Shown here: positions 41,460 to 55,723 of the stretch, one piece after another
Numbering within the stretch: position 1 is the stretch's first letter
Layout: each line of letters begins with the position of its first letter
Assembly (NCBI GenBank): GCA_951406725.2
Contig: OX597831.1
Coordinates: 5,828,001 to 5,892,000 of the forward strand
From: Octopus vulgaris
Taxonomy: Eukaryota
Length of the DNA: 64,000 bases
Direction of reading: 5' to 3'
The notes under the pieces: model-generated
What the model was told of the DNA's origin: nothing
What the model saw: the letters and a program-made list of their open reading frames with translations, nothing else
The model's database searches: none
Position numbers and translations under genes: made by a program

Positions 41460-41465
<6 letters not shown>
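41143..41465. mobile_element. Palindromic element, 131-bp arms with 2-nt spacer, flanked by (TA)n
   Basis: 41202-41332 is the reverse complement of 41335-41465 with few mismatches; each arm begins with a hammerhead-like motif. Confidence 0.9.
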
Positions 41466-41521
<56 letters not shown>

Positions 41522-41525
41522 GTGT

Positions 41526-41557
<32 letters not shown>

Positions 41558-41643
41558 AGGGGTCTAATATGGTTTGCTGGGATTACTCGTACCAGACGGG
41601 TATGTTTGATTTTTAGTACTTTCAAATCCAAATCTAAGAAATC

Positions 41644-41709
41644 CTTGAGCTGACGAAGGAAATGTTGATCTTTATAATCAACTAATCCAGAAACGGGCCT
41701 GTTCTCAGG
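41644..41709 (+). ncRNA. Type-I hammerhead ribozyme
   Basis: CTTGAG-CTGACGA-A-GGA..GTTGAT..ATCAAC..TCC-A-GAAAC-GGGCCT-GTT-CTCAGG: 6-bp stem I, two-part stem II, intact core. Confidence 0.7.
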
Positions 41710-42584
41710 TAATCTTATATAGGTGTGATCTTTCGTTATTTTTCCCTCTATACCTGTGTGAGTTATTTTTGAGTATGCATTGTCTGGGAGATTTTTCTTA
41801 CAGTAGAAGAAATAGCTAAAAGTTTTGGCTGCTATTTCTAAAAAGTTCGGTGTGTGGAAAAGTAAATTATTTTACTGAACCCTATTTTTATAATGTAATG
41901 TTTCAAATATACCGTAAATGGTCTTTTTACATACTGAACACTACTTGGTAAAATTAATTAATAATTAATTAGTTTTACCCTTTATTATTGACAATATATA
42001 CATGTATGTATATATATAAATACATACGATAAAGTAATATGGCTGGTAATACATTATATGTGGTCTATATTTAATGTTATGTTCGTACAAAAGCAGGCGT
42101 ATGTATATGCTTACATTATAAGTGCGCGTGTGTGTGTATGTTGTGTATACATATATATGTATGTGTGTGTGTGTATGTATGTATGCATGCATGTATGTAT
42201 AAAAGAGACAGACAGACAGACAGACAGACAGATAATGTATGTATATACAACATGAGAAGAGAGAGTTCAAAGCACATCGGTGAAAGATTCCCACAACCAA
42301 TATCCAATACCCACCGAACTGGTTCTTATTCCTATCGAGATGTCGATTGAATTTACTCTGCCGCCACAGGAGAAATAATAATTTAACGACAAAATATTCC
42401 AATGTCCCACCATCTCTCTATGGGGTTGGTGAACGTTTTGTGTTTGTGGACTCAGGCTTGGTTGTGTGGTTCACAGGTTCGATCCCACTGTTGGTACTTT
42501 GACTCTCTAAAAGTCTTTTACTACGTTCTGAGTTCAAATTCTGCCGAGGTCGACTTTGTCCTTTCATCCTTTCGGAGTCAATGT

Positions 42585-42951
<367 letters not shown>

Positions 42952-42953
42952 CA

Positions 42954-42987
<34 letters not shown>

Positions 42988-43029
42988 CATCATTATTATT
43001 ATTATTATTATTATTACTACTACTACTAC

Positions 43030-43086
<57 letters not shown>

Positions 43087-43734
43087 CATTATTATTATTA
43101 AGGCTGTAAGTTGGAAGAAACGGTAGCACACCAGGCAAAATACTTGAGTTCAAATTCCGCTGAGGTTTGACTTTGCCTTTTATCCTCCGTCTCGGCAGAA
43201 TTTGAATTCAGAACGTAAAGACGGATAAAATACCGCGAAGTATTTTGCCTGGCCTCTTAATGATTCTGCCAGCTCGCCGTCTTCGATAATGATTCTGTCA
43301 GCCCACCGCTTTCTATACATGTATATATGAATAACAATCATGACTCAGTTTCATACAACTTAAAGTTTCGTGCGCGAGTGGGAACTCCCCATGTCATCAG
43401 ATATCAGGAGAAGTGTTTGAAATTTGAAACAAATTCAAGAGGGCTTCTATGACGTTAGTCCTCTTACTCAGCTCAGGTCAAGTGACGTCAATGCTGAGGA
43501 AGCGACACCATCTCAATTCTTTAGTCTCACGTGCTCGGACAGGATGTTGGCATGAAGCTGTCACTACCTTGGTGGCCAACTTTTTGTACAGTATGTCCAG
43601 CGACATCTGCTCGTTGTATTGGCTAACATACAATCATGGTTGGGTGAGGTGTTGGTGTGGATCACACAGGTCAGATATATTTGGAAAAGGAAATAGCTAG
43701 CACTTGATGTTAGTGCTTGAATCTTTTTTCTTTC

Positions 43735-43922
43735 ATCTTTTACTTGTTTCAGTCGTTAGACTGCGGCCATGCTGGGGCACCGCTTTCAAGAATTTTAGTC
43801 GAATGAATCGACCGCAGTACTTATTCTATCGCTTTCTTTTGCCGAACCGTTAAGTTTCGGGGACGTAAACACACCAACACTTGTCAAGTGTTGGTGAGAG
43901 AACAAACACAGACACGAAAAGG

Positions 43923-43969
<47 letters not shown>

Positions 43970-44350
43970 GCACACAGACACACACATATATATAAATATA
44001 CGGCGAGCTTTTTCAGTTTCCGTCTACCAAATCCACTCACCAATCTTCAATCGGTCCGAAGCTATAGAAGGAGACATTTGCCTAAGATGCCACGCAGTGG
44101 AACTGAACCCGGAACCATGTGGTTGGGAAGCAAGCTTCTTATTTCTTTACTGCCCACAGAGGGGACACACAAGGACAGACAAAGGGATTAAGTCGATTAC
44201 ATCGACCCCAGTGCGTAACTGGTACTTATTTAATCGACCCCGAAAGGATGAAAGGCTAAGTCGACCTCGGTGGAATTTGAACTCAGAACGTAGCGGCAGA
44301 CGAAATACCGCTAAGCATTTCGCCCGGCGTGCTGACGTTTCTGCCAGCTT
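43735..44350 (-). mobile_element. Adjacent family B (43735-44137) and family C (44138-44350) SINEs
   Basis: Reverse complements of the respective families. Confidence 0.8.
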
Positions 44351-44906
44351 CTTACCACACAATCACGTCTGCTCCTGAAAATATTGTGAAAATATTGTAA
44401 TCTTTTTTTGTTTTAATTTTTGGCAGGGTTTTCGGTGAACCGTACATAATTTTGTAATTCACTTAGAAACAGACACAGTATTGAGATGACCTCAGATTTC
44501 AAAAAAACATTTATGTATTCATCAAAGTTAAGTCTTCATAAACAAGAGTCTCTTCCTCTGTTCAAATGTTTTGCTGAATAATTTAAAATATATTGTATTT
44601 CTATTTTTGGTAATGAATAAATGAACGTTTTGCGTTTTCTAGCAGATTTTTTTTTTGGTAATCATTCAAATCTAGATATGTTGTTAATCACTCTTATATC
44701 AATGTATTTTCGAATATATTTGCATATATTATCACCAAAATTGCTATCCTTTAAACAATTGGAATATGATCCTCAGAGTTGCGATTCAAGGAACTTCAGC
44801 TTATGTATGTGTGAATATGTGAAACAAAATGCTAAAGACAAAGTTAAATAAAAGAAAAAGCAAAAAAAAAATCATAATATTCAAAGAAAGAAAACGCGAT
44901 GAAAAG

Positions 44907-44940
44907 TATAACTTTTCGGACAAGAGTCCTTCGTCAAATA
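44907..44940 (-). ncRNA. Degenerate minimal hammerhead-like motif
   Basis: TAT-TTGACGA-A-GGAC-TCTT-GTCC-GAAA-AGTT-ATA in a pyrimidine-rich context like families H1/H2. Confidence 0.5.
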
Positions 44941-45330
44941 CGAGAGGAAAGACTGGAAGATAAAAGAGAGGAAAGAGAGGAGGAAAGGAGATAAGAGAAA
45001 AGACGGCCAGGTAAATATATACATGCAGACGCTCGGATACACATTCACACAACCGTTGCACAGAACACAGACAACTGATCGACCAGTGCAGTTGACGAGT
45101 GGTATCCAGGAGGTCGGAAAAGGGTCATTTGGAAGGCCCCAACGACGAAGGGAAGGCGATTTAGTCGAGCTATTTGGGTGAAGATGCATTAAAAAATGGC
45201 GCGATTGAGACAGAACTGGAAATGCATTTTAACTAGCGGTGTGTAACAGCATCTGATGGCCTGGTCGATACTGTGAGATATACATGTGTGTATGTGTATA
45301 TATATAGTTAGATGTGTGTGTGTGTGTGTC

Positions 45331-45378
<48 letters not shown>

Positions 45379-47181
45379 CGTGTATCTATTCATAGTGTAT
45401 GAGCGAATGCGTGTAATGAAGAGAAAATGTGTCAAAGATAATGGTAAAAAATAAATCACAAGAAAGAGAAGATATATTATTAGACATATAAAGAGGAAAA
45501 AAGAGAGAAGGAAGTTTGAAAGAAACAGAGAGGAGAAAGAGAGAGAGTGAAACACACAGTGAGGAAAAAAAGAATAAAGAAAGAATACGAGTGTAACAGA
45601 CAGACAGAATGAAAAAAAAAGTGGGAGAAAACTGAAGCATAATGCAAGAAGCGCAAATCAATTTAATTCTCTCGAAGTTCCAAAAATTTGTCAGCGGTGT
45701 TAATGGGAAGAACATTATGTCCCACAAACATTGGTGTAATTTAAATCAATAAAGAAAATCAGGAATCTGAAATCTAATTATTTCCTCTCCGTTGACAGCG
45801 TATATATAGCTTTGGAGGATGAAGAAGAGGAAGTAAAAATAACAGATTATAAAGAGATGGTATTTTGGCCAAGCAGCTCAATCTGCTGTCGTCAGCGAGT
45901 CGGTGTTTGAAATATCTCAGCTGCTCTCCTATAATTGTCATTTCAATTGTCTTTCCCCTTGATATCTGACGCTCGAGGCATGGCGTATATTTACGTCGAT
46001 ATTTGTGTAGCTTTCATCACGCTACTGCGGTTGTACAGACCACTGAAATGTCCTACAGGAGATGAAGAAATTTCTGCAGAAAGAACAACACATATTCAAA
46101 TACCTATTTTCTTGAATCAGCTCGGAATGTTTAATAAAACACTTGAAATATAAACGTGACAACGAAATCTCACAAATCAGTAAAATGTGAAGAAGTAGTG
46201 CATTCAGTGGTTAGACCGTTTAAACACCTCCGCATTTCTGTTCTCGATATGGAGGTCCACTATATCACTTTGTTGTTTTTATTCTGATTGTGATCTGCAT
46301 GAAACAATTTATTACAATGGCTTCTTCAAATAGGCGCAGGCATGACTGTGTGGTTAAGAATCTAAAACACTCTTCTAAGCAAGGCTTTTACCACTTTACA
46401 TCTTTGTGGACGCGCGCTGACCTCATGTAATTCTATCTATTTAACTGTGCTTTGGAGCTCAATCATCATGCTGTGTCTGTTATTTTCTGAATGTTCAATG
46501 CCTAGAAATAGTCATTCATTATACTGTCAGCAGTTATGTTTGTACTGCTCTGGTTGTTGTACGAATTTTTTTTTCTAAATCTTTCTTTAATTCGTGACAT
46601 CTTCCGCTATGTCCATGACGACCATGAAAATATCTCCAATATGCCTGGTGTGCCTAATAGGCATACGTCTTAATTGTGATCTCTGAGAAATCAAGACATA
46701 ACTACGCTGGTAAGTGAAGTCATGAATCACCCATGCCCATCCATTGCATTGAAGGAAAATTCACCCGAGCACATCTCGGTGGCACAGTCAAAGCACATAA
46801 CACCCTGCAGCCATAGTTTCCTAAACAAATTCAGGCATGCCTCAACTTACGTCGTTTCAAGTTAAATTTTTTCCCACTTTACGCCGTGCTTCTTCTTTCT
46901 TTTAAAAAAGGAATGTAACAAATAAAGATCAAATTCAGTCGATTTATCCGACTTTATGTCGGTTTCCGAGATATTTAAAGGCATAAAAATGTAAAAACAT
47001 CGAAAAACCAGTCTTGAAGCAGAAGATCAAATATAAAACGCGAGAAAAATATCTACAAATCATGCTTTTTTTTTTTTTAATAAATGTACATAGTTACAAT
47101 GTTTACACTCATTTACATCGATTTCGGGGCTGACAATTGCATCATCCCACTGCGAGGCGGTGCTATAATTCGTACTGGAAA

Positions 47182-47597
47182 GGCGGCGAGCTGGCAGAAA
47201 TGTTAGCACGCCGGGTGAAATGTTTAGCGGTATTTCGTCTGTCGTTACGTTCTGAGTTCAAATTCCGCCGAGGTCGACTTTGCCTTTCATCCTTTCGGGA
47301 TCGATAAATTAAGTACCGGTTATGCATTGGGGTCGATATAATCGACTTAATCAGATTGTCTGTCCTTGTTTGTCCTCTCTGTGTTTAGCCCCCTTGTGGG
47401 TAGTAAAGAAATAGGTATTTCGTCTGTCGTTACGTTCTGACTTCAAATTCCGCCGAGGTCAACTTTGCCTTTCATCCTTTCGGGGTCGATAAATAAAGTA
47501 CCAGTTTCGCACTGGGGGCGATATAATCGACTCAATCCCTTCGTCTGTCCCTGTTTGTCCCCTCTATGTTTAGCCCCTTGTGGGTAGTAAAGAAATA
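47182..47597 (+). mobile_element. SINE family C dimer with TSD
   Basis: TATAATTCGTACTGG at 47164-47178 and 47598-47612; junction AAAGAAATA|GGTATTTCG at ~47413. Confidence 0.9.
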
Positions 47598-47733
47598 TAT
47601 AATTCGTACTGGGAAATTCAAACGCGTTTTCATATCTACTATGCATAAATTTGCACTTTTTCATATAAACCATTCTTCGCCATCTTTAAAGCATACTGTT
47701 TTATAGTAGCCGAATGTCTCGTTTTATAGTGAA

Positions 47734-48209
47734 CTAGCAGTATCGCCCGGCGTTGGTCGGGTTTGTAAGGGAAATAACTATATAAGCATTTTTAGAGAGT
47801 ACTTCCCTTATAGATGCCAATTCGCTTCTTAGCCATTTCTGTTTTGGTGTCTTCAAGCCATGAAGTCGTTGTTCTAAAAGAACGCTGGTCTCCTTGACAA
47901 CGCTTTACGTTGATTTCCTTATTCCCTTCCCCAGCTTCACGAGGGAGGGAAGAAGGGGGAGAAGCAAACAGGTACAGGTGTGACCATGGACGCCAACTCC
48001 GCCGACACACAAAAATTTTTATAAAATGGAATAAAAAATGATGTTAAATTATTTTTAAAATCGTAACTAATAATAGCCAGACGGGCTCGATATGAATCAC
48101 GACTTAAGATACCCGAATTTGGTTAAACTGCACGCAAAATGTGGGAGTAGTTAGGAATCTAAATCGAAGGGGACAGACACTCACACAACTACAGTTTTAT
48201 ATATATAGA
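47734..48209 (-). mobile_element. Non-autonomous Helitron
   Basis: 5' A|TCTATATATATAAAA..; 3' hairpin CCCGACCAACGCCGGG then CTAG|T; no TSD. Confidence 0.85.
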
Positions 48210-48420
48210 TTTCAATGATTAAATTTTTTTTAGTGAATTTCAGTGAATTTTAAATTTTTGTTTCTTTTTAGTGAATTTCAAGGAATTTTTAATTATCGTT
48301 TTGTGTTATGTTGTTTTTTAATACAGTCGCGTGTTTTGGAACCAATAAACGATTTATAAATTGAGATTTGCCTCTGCATTCAACAGGCAAGATGGCTACA
48401 CTATCAAATATCAATATCTT

Positions 48421-48862
48421 GGCGTAGGAGTGGCTGTGTGGTAAGTAGCTTGCTTACGAACCACATGGTTCCGGGTTCAGTCCCACTCCGTGATACCTTG
48501 GGAAAGTGTCTTCTACTATAGCCTCGGGCCGACCAAAGTCTTGTGAATAGATTTGGTAGACGGAAACTGAAAGAAGTCCGTCGTATATATGTATATATAT
48601 ATATATATATATACATATATATGTGTACGTGTGTGTGTATGTTTGTGTGTCTGTGTTTGTCCCCTTCCCCAACATCGCTTGACAACCGATGTTGGTGTGT
48701 TTACGTCCCCGTAACATAGCGGTTCGGCAAAAGAGACCGATAGAATGAGTACTAGGCTTACAAAGAATAAATTCTGGGGTCGATTTGCTCGACTAAAGGC
48801 GGTGCTCCAGCATGGCCACAGTCAGATGACTGAAACAAGTAAAAGAGTAAAAGAGTAAAAGA
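48421..48862 (+). mobile_element. SINE family B, full length
   Basis: Colinear with 2916-3337. Confidence 0.85.
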
Positions 48863-49284
48863 GAGAAACAAGAGAAACTTTATTGAATAACGAACACAAA
48901 CCCTCAGTAATCCTTTCTACTACAGGTACATGGCCTGAAATTAGGGGACAAGGGTTTAGAGGATTACATCGATCCCAGTACTCAACAGGTGCTTATTTTA
49001 TCGACCCCGAAAGAATAAAGGTCAATGTCGACCTCGGCGGAATTTGAACTCAGAATGTAAATACGGATGAAACACTGCTGAGCAGGCAAACGATGTTACC
49101 AACTGGCCACTTCACAAACTGCCTAAAGTAAAACTATTAAGGAGGGCAGCTTACATACGAAAGAAATTATTAATGTCAAGCGGGACAAGACATTAATAAT
49201 GTTTCGCTGTTAATGAGGTAAATTATATAAAGTACATGTATGTATGTATGTATGTATGTATGTATGTATATGTATGTATGTATG

Positions 49285-49316
<32 letters not shown>

Positions 49317-49455
49317 TACGTGTCTATGTATATATGCATGCGTGTGTATGTATGTGTGTATGTATATATGTATGTATATATATATATATATGTAAGCACG
49401 TGTCTGTGTATAACGATAGATATGTTTATATTTGTATGTATAAGCATATTTGCAT

Positions 49456-49539
<84 letters not shown>

Positions 49540-49668
49540 ACGTATTTATATATATACACGCTTATATGTATAAATGTATGTGTTTGTGTGCGAGTATGTG
49601 TGTATGTATATATATTTATATATATATACACACACATATATACATATATATATGATATATATATATAC

Positions 49669-49724
<56 letters not shown>

Positions 49725-49771
49725 GTATATACATATATATATATATACATATAGATATGCATATATATATA

Positions 49772-49822
<51 letters not shown>

Positions 49823-49848
49823 GCATATATATATCTATATATATCTAT

Positions 49849-50100
49849 CTCTATATATATAAAACTGAGAATGTGTACCTGTCTGTCTGTCTGTGTGTTT
49901 CCCTAAAACTTGAGAACTACACAACCAATTTCATTCAAATTTTACACATGCCTTACTTAGGGTCCATGTAGTTTCATGGGCAAAAACAAATGTTCAACTT
50001 CTTGCCTAGAGCGAGCCCATTGCAATATCATATCTTCTCCACTATTTCAGTATTACGTGTTAAAAGTGAAACAAAAACATTTCTCTATTTTATGTCAAAT
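49849..50100 (+). mobile_element. Helitron-like 5' end
   Basis: TCTATATATATAAAACTG..(GTCT)n..CAACCAATTTCATTCAAATTTTACAC; starts like the Helitron at 48209. The 3' end was not located. Confidence 0.55.
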
Positions 50101-50909
50101 ACTTTTACTTTAACAATAAAAATTAGAGATAATAATAACAATTGAATTATATGTAGTAAGTAATAATTAAAATCAAACTAAAGTATAATATAATCGTAGC
50201 ATAACAAAAGTAAAAATAGCAATTGGTATAAAATTGCATCAATGACTTGAACTTGAATAAGTGGTTTCACCTGAATGGGAATAAATTAAAAATAAAATTG
50301 GTGTGCAGAAATGGAATAGTCCAGATGGAGCTGTGCACATACCGTTTACCACGGCTTTTACAGTAGATTATCTGCTAATTAGCTAGCATTAAGTATCTAT
50401 ATGAAGTTTGGCTGTATGTAATGTCTGTTTTCTCGAACAGCCGCTTCTACTGAGTACTGCTGTTGGTTTATTTCTTATACATAAAGGACTATAGCTTCAA
50501 CTGCGTACTGCTTTTTAATTCACCGTAAGGTTTGTTGTTATTATTATTACTGTTTAACTATTGTTATAACGTTTGTTGGTTCCTCGTAAGAGAAACGTTG
50601 TTGTGTTGCATTTGTTAAATAATTGTAAACTGTAACCACACCGCCCTTTAGGAGAAGGAGCTTTGGTTATTGTTTAAAACTTGAATTGTGTCCCTGTTTG
50701 GGGAAATTGACGAAATTTTCACCGTTAATACGGAAGCAATTTTGTTAGAATGCCTTCGATAGAAGAAAATCTAAAAATGAATTTACATACATACATATAT
50801 ATATACATGCATTCGCACAAGTATGTTGTGTACCCGTGTATGTGTGCGAGTGTATGTGCGTGAGTATATATGTTTGTACATATATATATATATATGCATA
50901 CATACATAC

Positions 50910-50967
<58 letters not shown>

Positions 50968-51243
50968 TATGTATACACACACACACACACACACATGCAT
51001 CTATACATGTATATGTGTATAGATATTTATATACAAATACGTATATATTCACACATACACGCATGCATACACGCATGCATGCACACATACATACATACAT
51101 GCATACATACATACATACATACATACATACATACATACATACATACATACATACATACATACATACATACATACATACATACATACATACATACATACAT
51201 ACATACATACATACATACATACATACATACATACATACATACA

Positions 51244-52419
51244 ATGGGGCTGATAACATCATAAGACTTGGAAGGCAGCTCCTTGAGCAACACTCTTTGT
51301 CTGATAACCCAGAATAAATGCCGAAAGAAGTCGCACGACTCTACCGCAACATATCATCAGATGAAAGGATGAGCCTATATGAGCAGAAGACTTATACATG
51401 GGTATGTTAGTAGAAAGCTCCGAGATGAAAGTAACATCGATCATCGAAGCAGATTATCATGGACGAATAGCTGGATTACTACCTCCCAATTTGAAGGGTA
51501 TACGTTTGAAATCCATGAAAAGAAAATATCAACCAAGTACACGATGCACAAAAGGGATAGAGATGCAGGAAAATCAGTAAAATGTAACAACCGATGCAGA
51601 CTTTGTGGAGTTCACACTGAAGATATCACCCACATCGTAAGCAGTTGTCCGAAAATGTCATCCCGTTATTATCTACCAATGAGACATGACGTTGTAGCTA
51701 GGACACTCTATAATGAAATCCGTCGGAAGGATAATCCCGAGGACAAAGAAATGGTAGAGTATGGTAGAAGCTATAGCCACTCATAATGAAAAGGAATACA
51801 AGTGGAATGTACCAGTGAAGACCTCAATAAAATGTAAGCACAACAGACCTGATATAATGATTTGGGATAGAGAAGAGAAAATGTGCACAGTTGTGGAAAT
51901 TAGCTTTCTAGCGGATATTAACTGAAGGTCAGTGAAAAAGAGAACCCCTATGCTGAACTATTGAGAAATCTGTAATTACTCTATCCAGATTACAAGTTCA
52001 GATTTATACCTGTAATTATTGGGGCCTTGAGATATATAACACACTGCCTAAATACCAATCTTGAGAAATTAGGCTGTCAAAACCAGAAAGGAGAAAGCTA
52101 ATTCGAAGACTACAGATCCAATCCATCACTGGAACTGTAAAAATCTGTAAAACTTTCCAGAAGTTTATCATTTAAATATATATGAGTATGTCTAGATATG
52201 TAACTCTATACATAAGAATACATACATAAAGTAAAACATACAAATCTGCACATACATACACACATACACACATACATACATACATACATACATACATACA
52301 TACATACATACAAATAAAAATACCCTGTTGTTGATGTTGAAATTCCAATGAAGGAACCTTGGATCTAGGTTAGAAACCGGTTCTTTCTGTATTGGCAAGA
52401 AATCTTGAAATGAACTGAA
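51244..52419 (+). mobile_element. RLE LINE (R4-like) 3' portion embedded in (CATA)n
   Basis: CCHC knuckle CRLC..EDITHIVSSC; RHDVVA; HNRPDIMIWD..VVEIS; FIPVIIGAL; (CATA)n on both sides. Confidence 0.85.
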
Positions 52420-53265
52420 TACATACATACATGCATACATACATGCATACATACATACATACATACATACATACATACATACATACATACATACATACAT
52501 ACATACATACATACATACATACATACATACATACATACATACATGCATGCATGCATACACTTTGTATGATTTACCTCTTTAACAGCGAGACATTATTAAT
52601 GACCTATCCCGCCCTACATCAATAATTTCTTCAGCATGTAAGATGGTATCGTTAATAGTTAAATCATTGGCAGTTTTTATTCTGCCAGCCTACCGCCTTA
52701 AATAATCTTCTCTACTCTAGGCACAAAGCCCGAAATTTTCAGGGAAGGGGCCAGTCGATTAGTATTTAATTTATCGACCCCTACAGTATGAAGGGCAAAG
52801 TCGGCCTCCGTGGAATTTGAACGGAGAACGTAAAGCCGGAAGAATTGCTATAAAGCATTTTGTTAGAGGCTTGCCACCGACTTCTGCCATCTTACCGTCT
52901 GGTGTAGAACGATGATAGTGATACAAGTATTACTAGAAACAGATAAAAGAATGGAACCTGAAAATGCTTAACATTTCCCGGCGTGAATTGATCAAACAAC
53001 AATTGCTGTGGAACTGTGTTACTGACTAAGTTACAAGATTTACATTTTGATGTACTTCGAGAAATAAATGGAGAGTAAAGATTAAATGTAACTAAAATGG
53101 GTTTTTTTTCACGATGTAATTACTTCGCTTGCATCATGCGGTGTCGGATCATGTCAGCTGGCAGAAAAACCTGAGATATATTTACATAAGTGTTTGTAAG
53201 TATTTGTTCACTTTCTTCATTCGCCGTTTAAAACACACCCAGAGCTATCTGTGTGTATAAGGTTG

Positions 53266-53353
<88 letters not shown>

Positions 53354-53364
53354 TGTGTGTTTAT

Positions 53365-53762
53365 TCTTTTATTCTTTTACTCTTTTACTTGTTTCAGTCA
53401 TTTGACTGCGGCCATGCTGGAGCACTGCCTTTAGTCGAGCAAATCGCATCCCCTAGGAGTTATTCTTTGTAAGCCTAGAACTTATTTTTTCGGTCTCTTT
53501 TGCCGAACTACTAGAATACGGGGATGTAAGCACACCATCGTCGGTTTTCAAACGATATTGGGGCACTAACATACACACACACACAAACACACACACATAT
53601 ATATACGGCGGCCTTCTTTCGGTTTCCGCCTACCAAATACACTCACAAGGCTTTGGTCGGCCCGAGGCTGTAGTAGACACATGCACAAGGTGCCACGCTG
53701 TGGAACTGAATCCGGACCCATGTGATTGATAAGCAAGCTACTTACCACACAACCACTCCTGC
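53365..53762 (-). mobile_element. SINE family B
   Basis: Reverse complement of family B. Confidence 0.8.
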
Positions 53763-53764
53763 TC

Positions 53765-53828
<64 letters not shown>

Positions 53829-53829
53829 T

Positions 53830-53860
<31 letters not shown>

Positions 53861-54407
53861 CTATATATATACATATATATATACATATATATACATATAT
53901 ACATATATATTATATATATATATATGTATCTATATATATATGTATATATGTATATGTATATAAAGATATATATATGCATATACATATACATATATATATA
54001 TACATATATATATACATATATATATATATCTATATCGATATTGTATATCATTGAGATTCATTTTAAGTTTTACTTAATGGAGTTCAAGCCGGTCGCGAAA
54101 AAAAAAAGGCGGCAGGAATTTTTGAGTGAAGAGAGTTTCCGGGGTTTGCACTTGTGTTCTTTGCGAAGATGTCTCTTTAGTGCTTAGGTGTTTGTGTGTG
54201 AGTGCATCAATATTTTTTTTTCCGTTTGTGTCCTTGTCGATACAGATAACCAAGTGTGTGCATATATTGATTTCGAGAAGCAAAATAGAGAATCTCCGAA
54301 ATGTCTTTAGAAATTTTTCACTTTGCTGCTAATAGGCTGGATTCGGCAGGGTGGGTGTACGTTAGTTTCTTTTGATACAGTATGTACATAAGCATATGTA
54401 TGTACGT

Positions 54408-54409
<2 letters not shown>

Positions 54410-54444
<35 letters not shown>

Positions 54445-54468
54445 TGTGTGTGTGTTTGTGTGTGTTTT

Positions 54469-54515
<47 letters not shown>

Positions 54516-54751
54516 TGTTTGTATGTGTATGTTTGTGTGTGTTTTGTGTGTGTGTCTGTTTGTGTGTGTTTGTGTGTTTGTGTGTGTGTGTTTGTGTTTG
54601 TGTGTGTTTGTGTGTTTGTGTGTGTGTGTGTGTTTGTGTGTGTTTGTGTGTTTGTGTGTGTTTGTGTTTGTGTGTTTGTGTGTGTGTGTGTTTGTGTATG
54701 TTTGTGTGTGTTTTGTGTGTGTCTCTGTTTGTGTGTGTGTGTTTCTGTGTG

Positions 54752-54837
<86 letters not shown>

Positions 54838-54895
54838 TGTGTGTTTGTGTGTGTGTGTGTGTGTGAGTGTGTGTGTGTGTGCGTGTGTGTGTGTA
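54410..54895. repeat. Degenerate (GT)n/(GTTT) tract
   Basis: Direct reading. Confidence 0.95.
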
Positions 54896-55330
54896 AATGC
54901 AGCTCAGTGCAAAGTAAACATTTAAGCGTTTTCGTGTATTCGTACACATTGAATATAATAGAGAATTCCTAGAGATCTACTTCAATATAATCCTCCAGAT
55001 GCCACCGACCCCCGTGTCCTGCTGTCAGCTTGCCAAGGCTCCCCAGTTCGCTCTGTTTTTGTGTCGCATGCACACAATCAGCCAAAAGTTATGCCTGAGA
55101 CTGGTAATACCCGTCCTTAAGGAAATGGAACCTGACACGGCCAAAAGTGCAGAAGAATCAAAGAGGTGGATGGACTCGAAAACGTGATAGTGGGGTACGT
55201 GACACGCTATAAGACATGGCGAATCAAAATATAGAAGGTGATATCGGTCAGTCATTTGGAAAAGAATTGGGTGCCCATCACGTATTATCCCAAAGTCATG
55301 CTAATGCTTCAGTATATATATATATATATA

Positions 55331-55535
55331 GTTAATCCAAACATGGAAGCACAAAAAACACAACAACGCGAGGACGAGGAACAAATATAGTATTATTGGA
55401 CGCTCAGGAAAGAAGGAAAGAAGGAGGGTTTAACATTTCGAGCGGAGCTCTTCGTCGGAAACATAGGAGAAGGAAAGATCCAGAGAAGGGAAGACAGAGG
55501 AAAAAAATCGCCAACGGTACACACGCGGTCACATT

Positions 55536-55540
<5 letters not shown>
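55331..55540 (-). mobile_element. Hammerhead-like element family H1 between (TA)n tracts
   Basis: Reverse complement of 13045-13251; motif at 55429-55461 with mutated core (CCGACGA, GAAAT). Confidence 0.7.
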
Positions 55541-55608
<68 letters not shown>

Positions 55609-55651
55609 AAAATATTTTATCATTATTGTTATTATTATTATGGGACAAGTG

Positions 55652-55723
55652 GCCGTGATCGTCTAGTTGTTAGGACCCCACGTTGTGTCCGTGGTAACCA
55701 AGGTTCGAATCCTGGTCACGGCA
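55652..55723 (+). tRNA. tRNA-His(GUG), probably a pseudogene
   Basis: Cloverleaf: GCCGTGA/TCACGGC acceptor, GTCT/GGAC D stem, CCACG/CGTGG anticodon stem with GTG, TTCGAAT loop. Defects: D-loop GG is TG, position 37 is T, and the T stem has an A.G mismatch. Confidence 0.85.
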
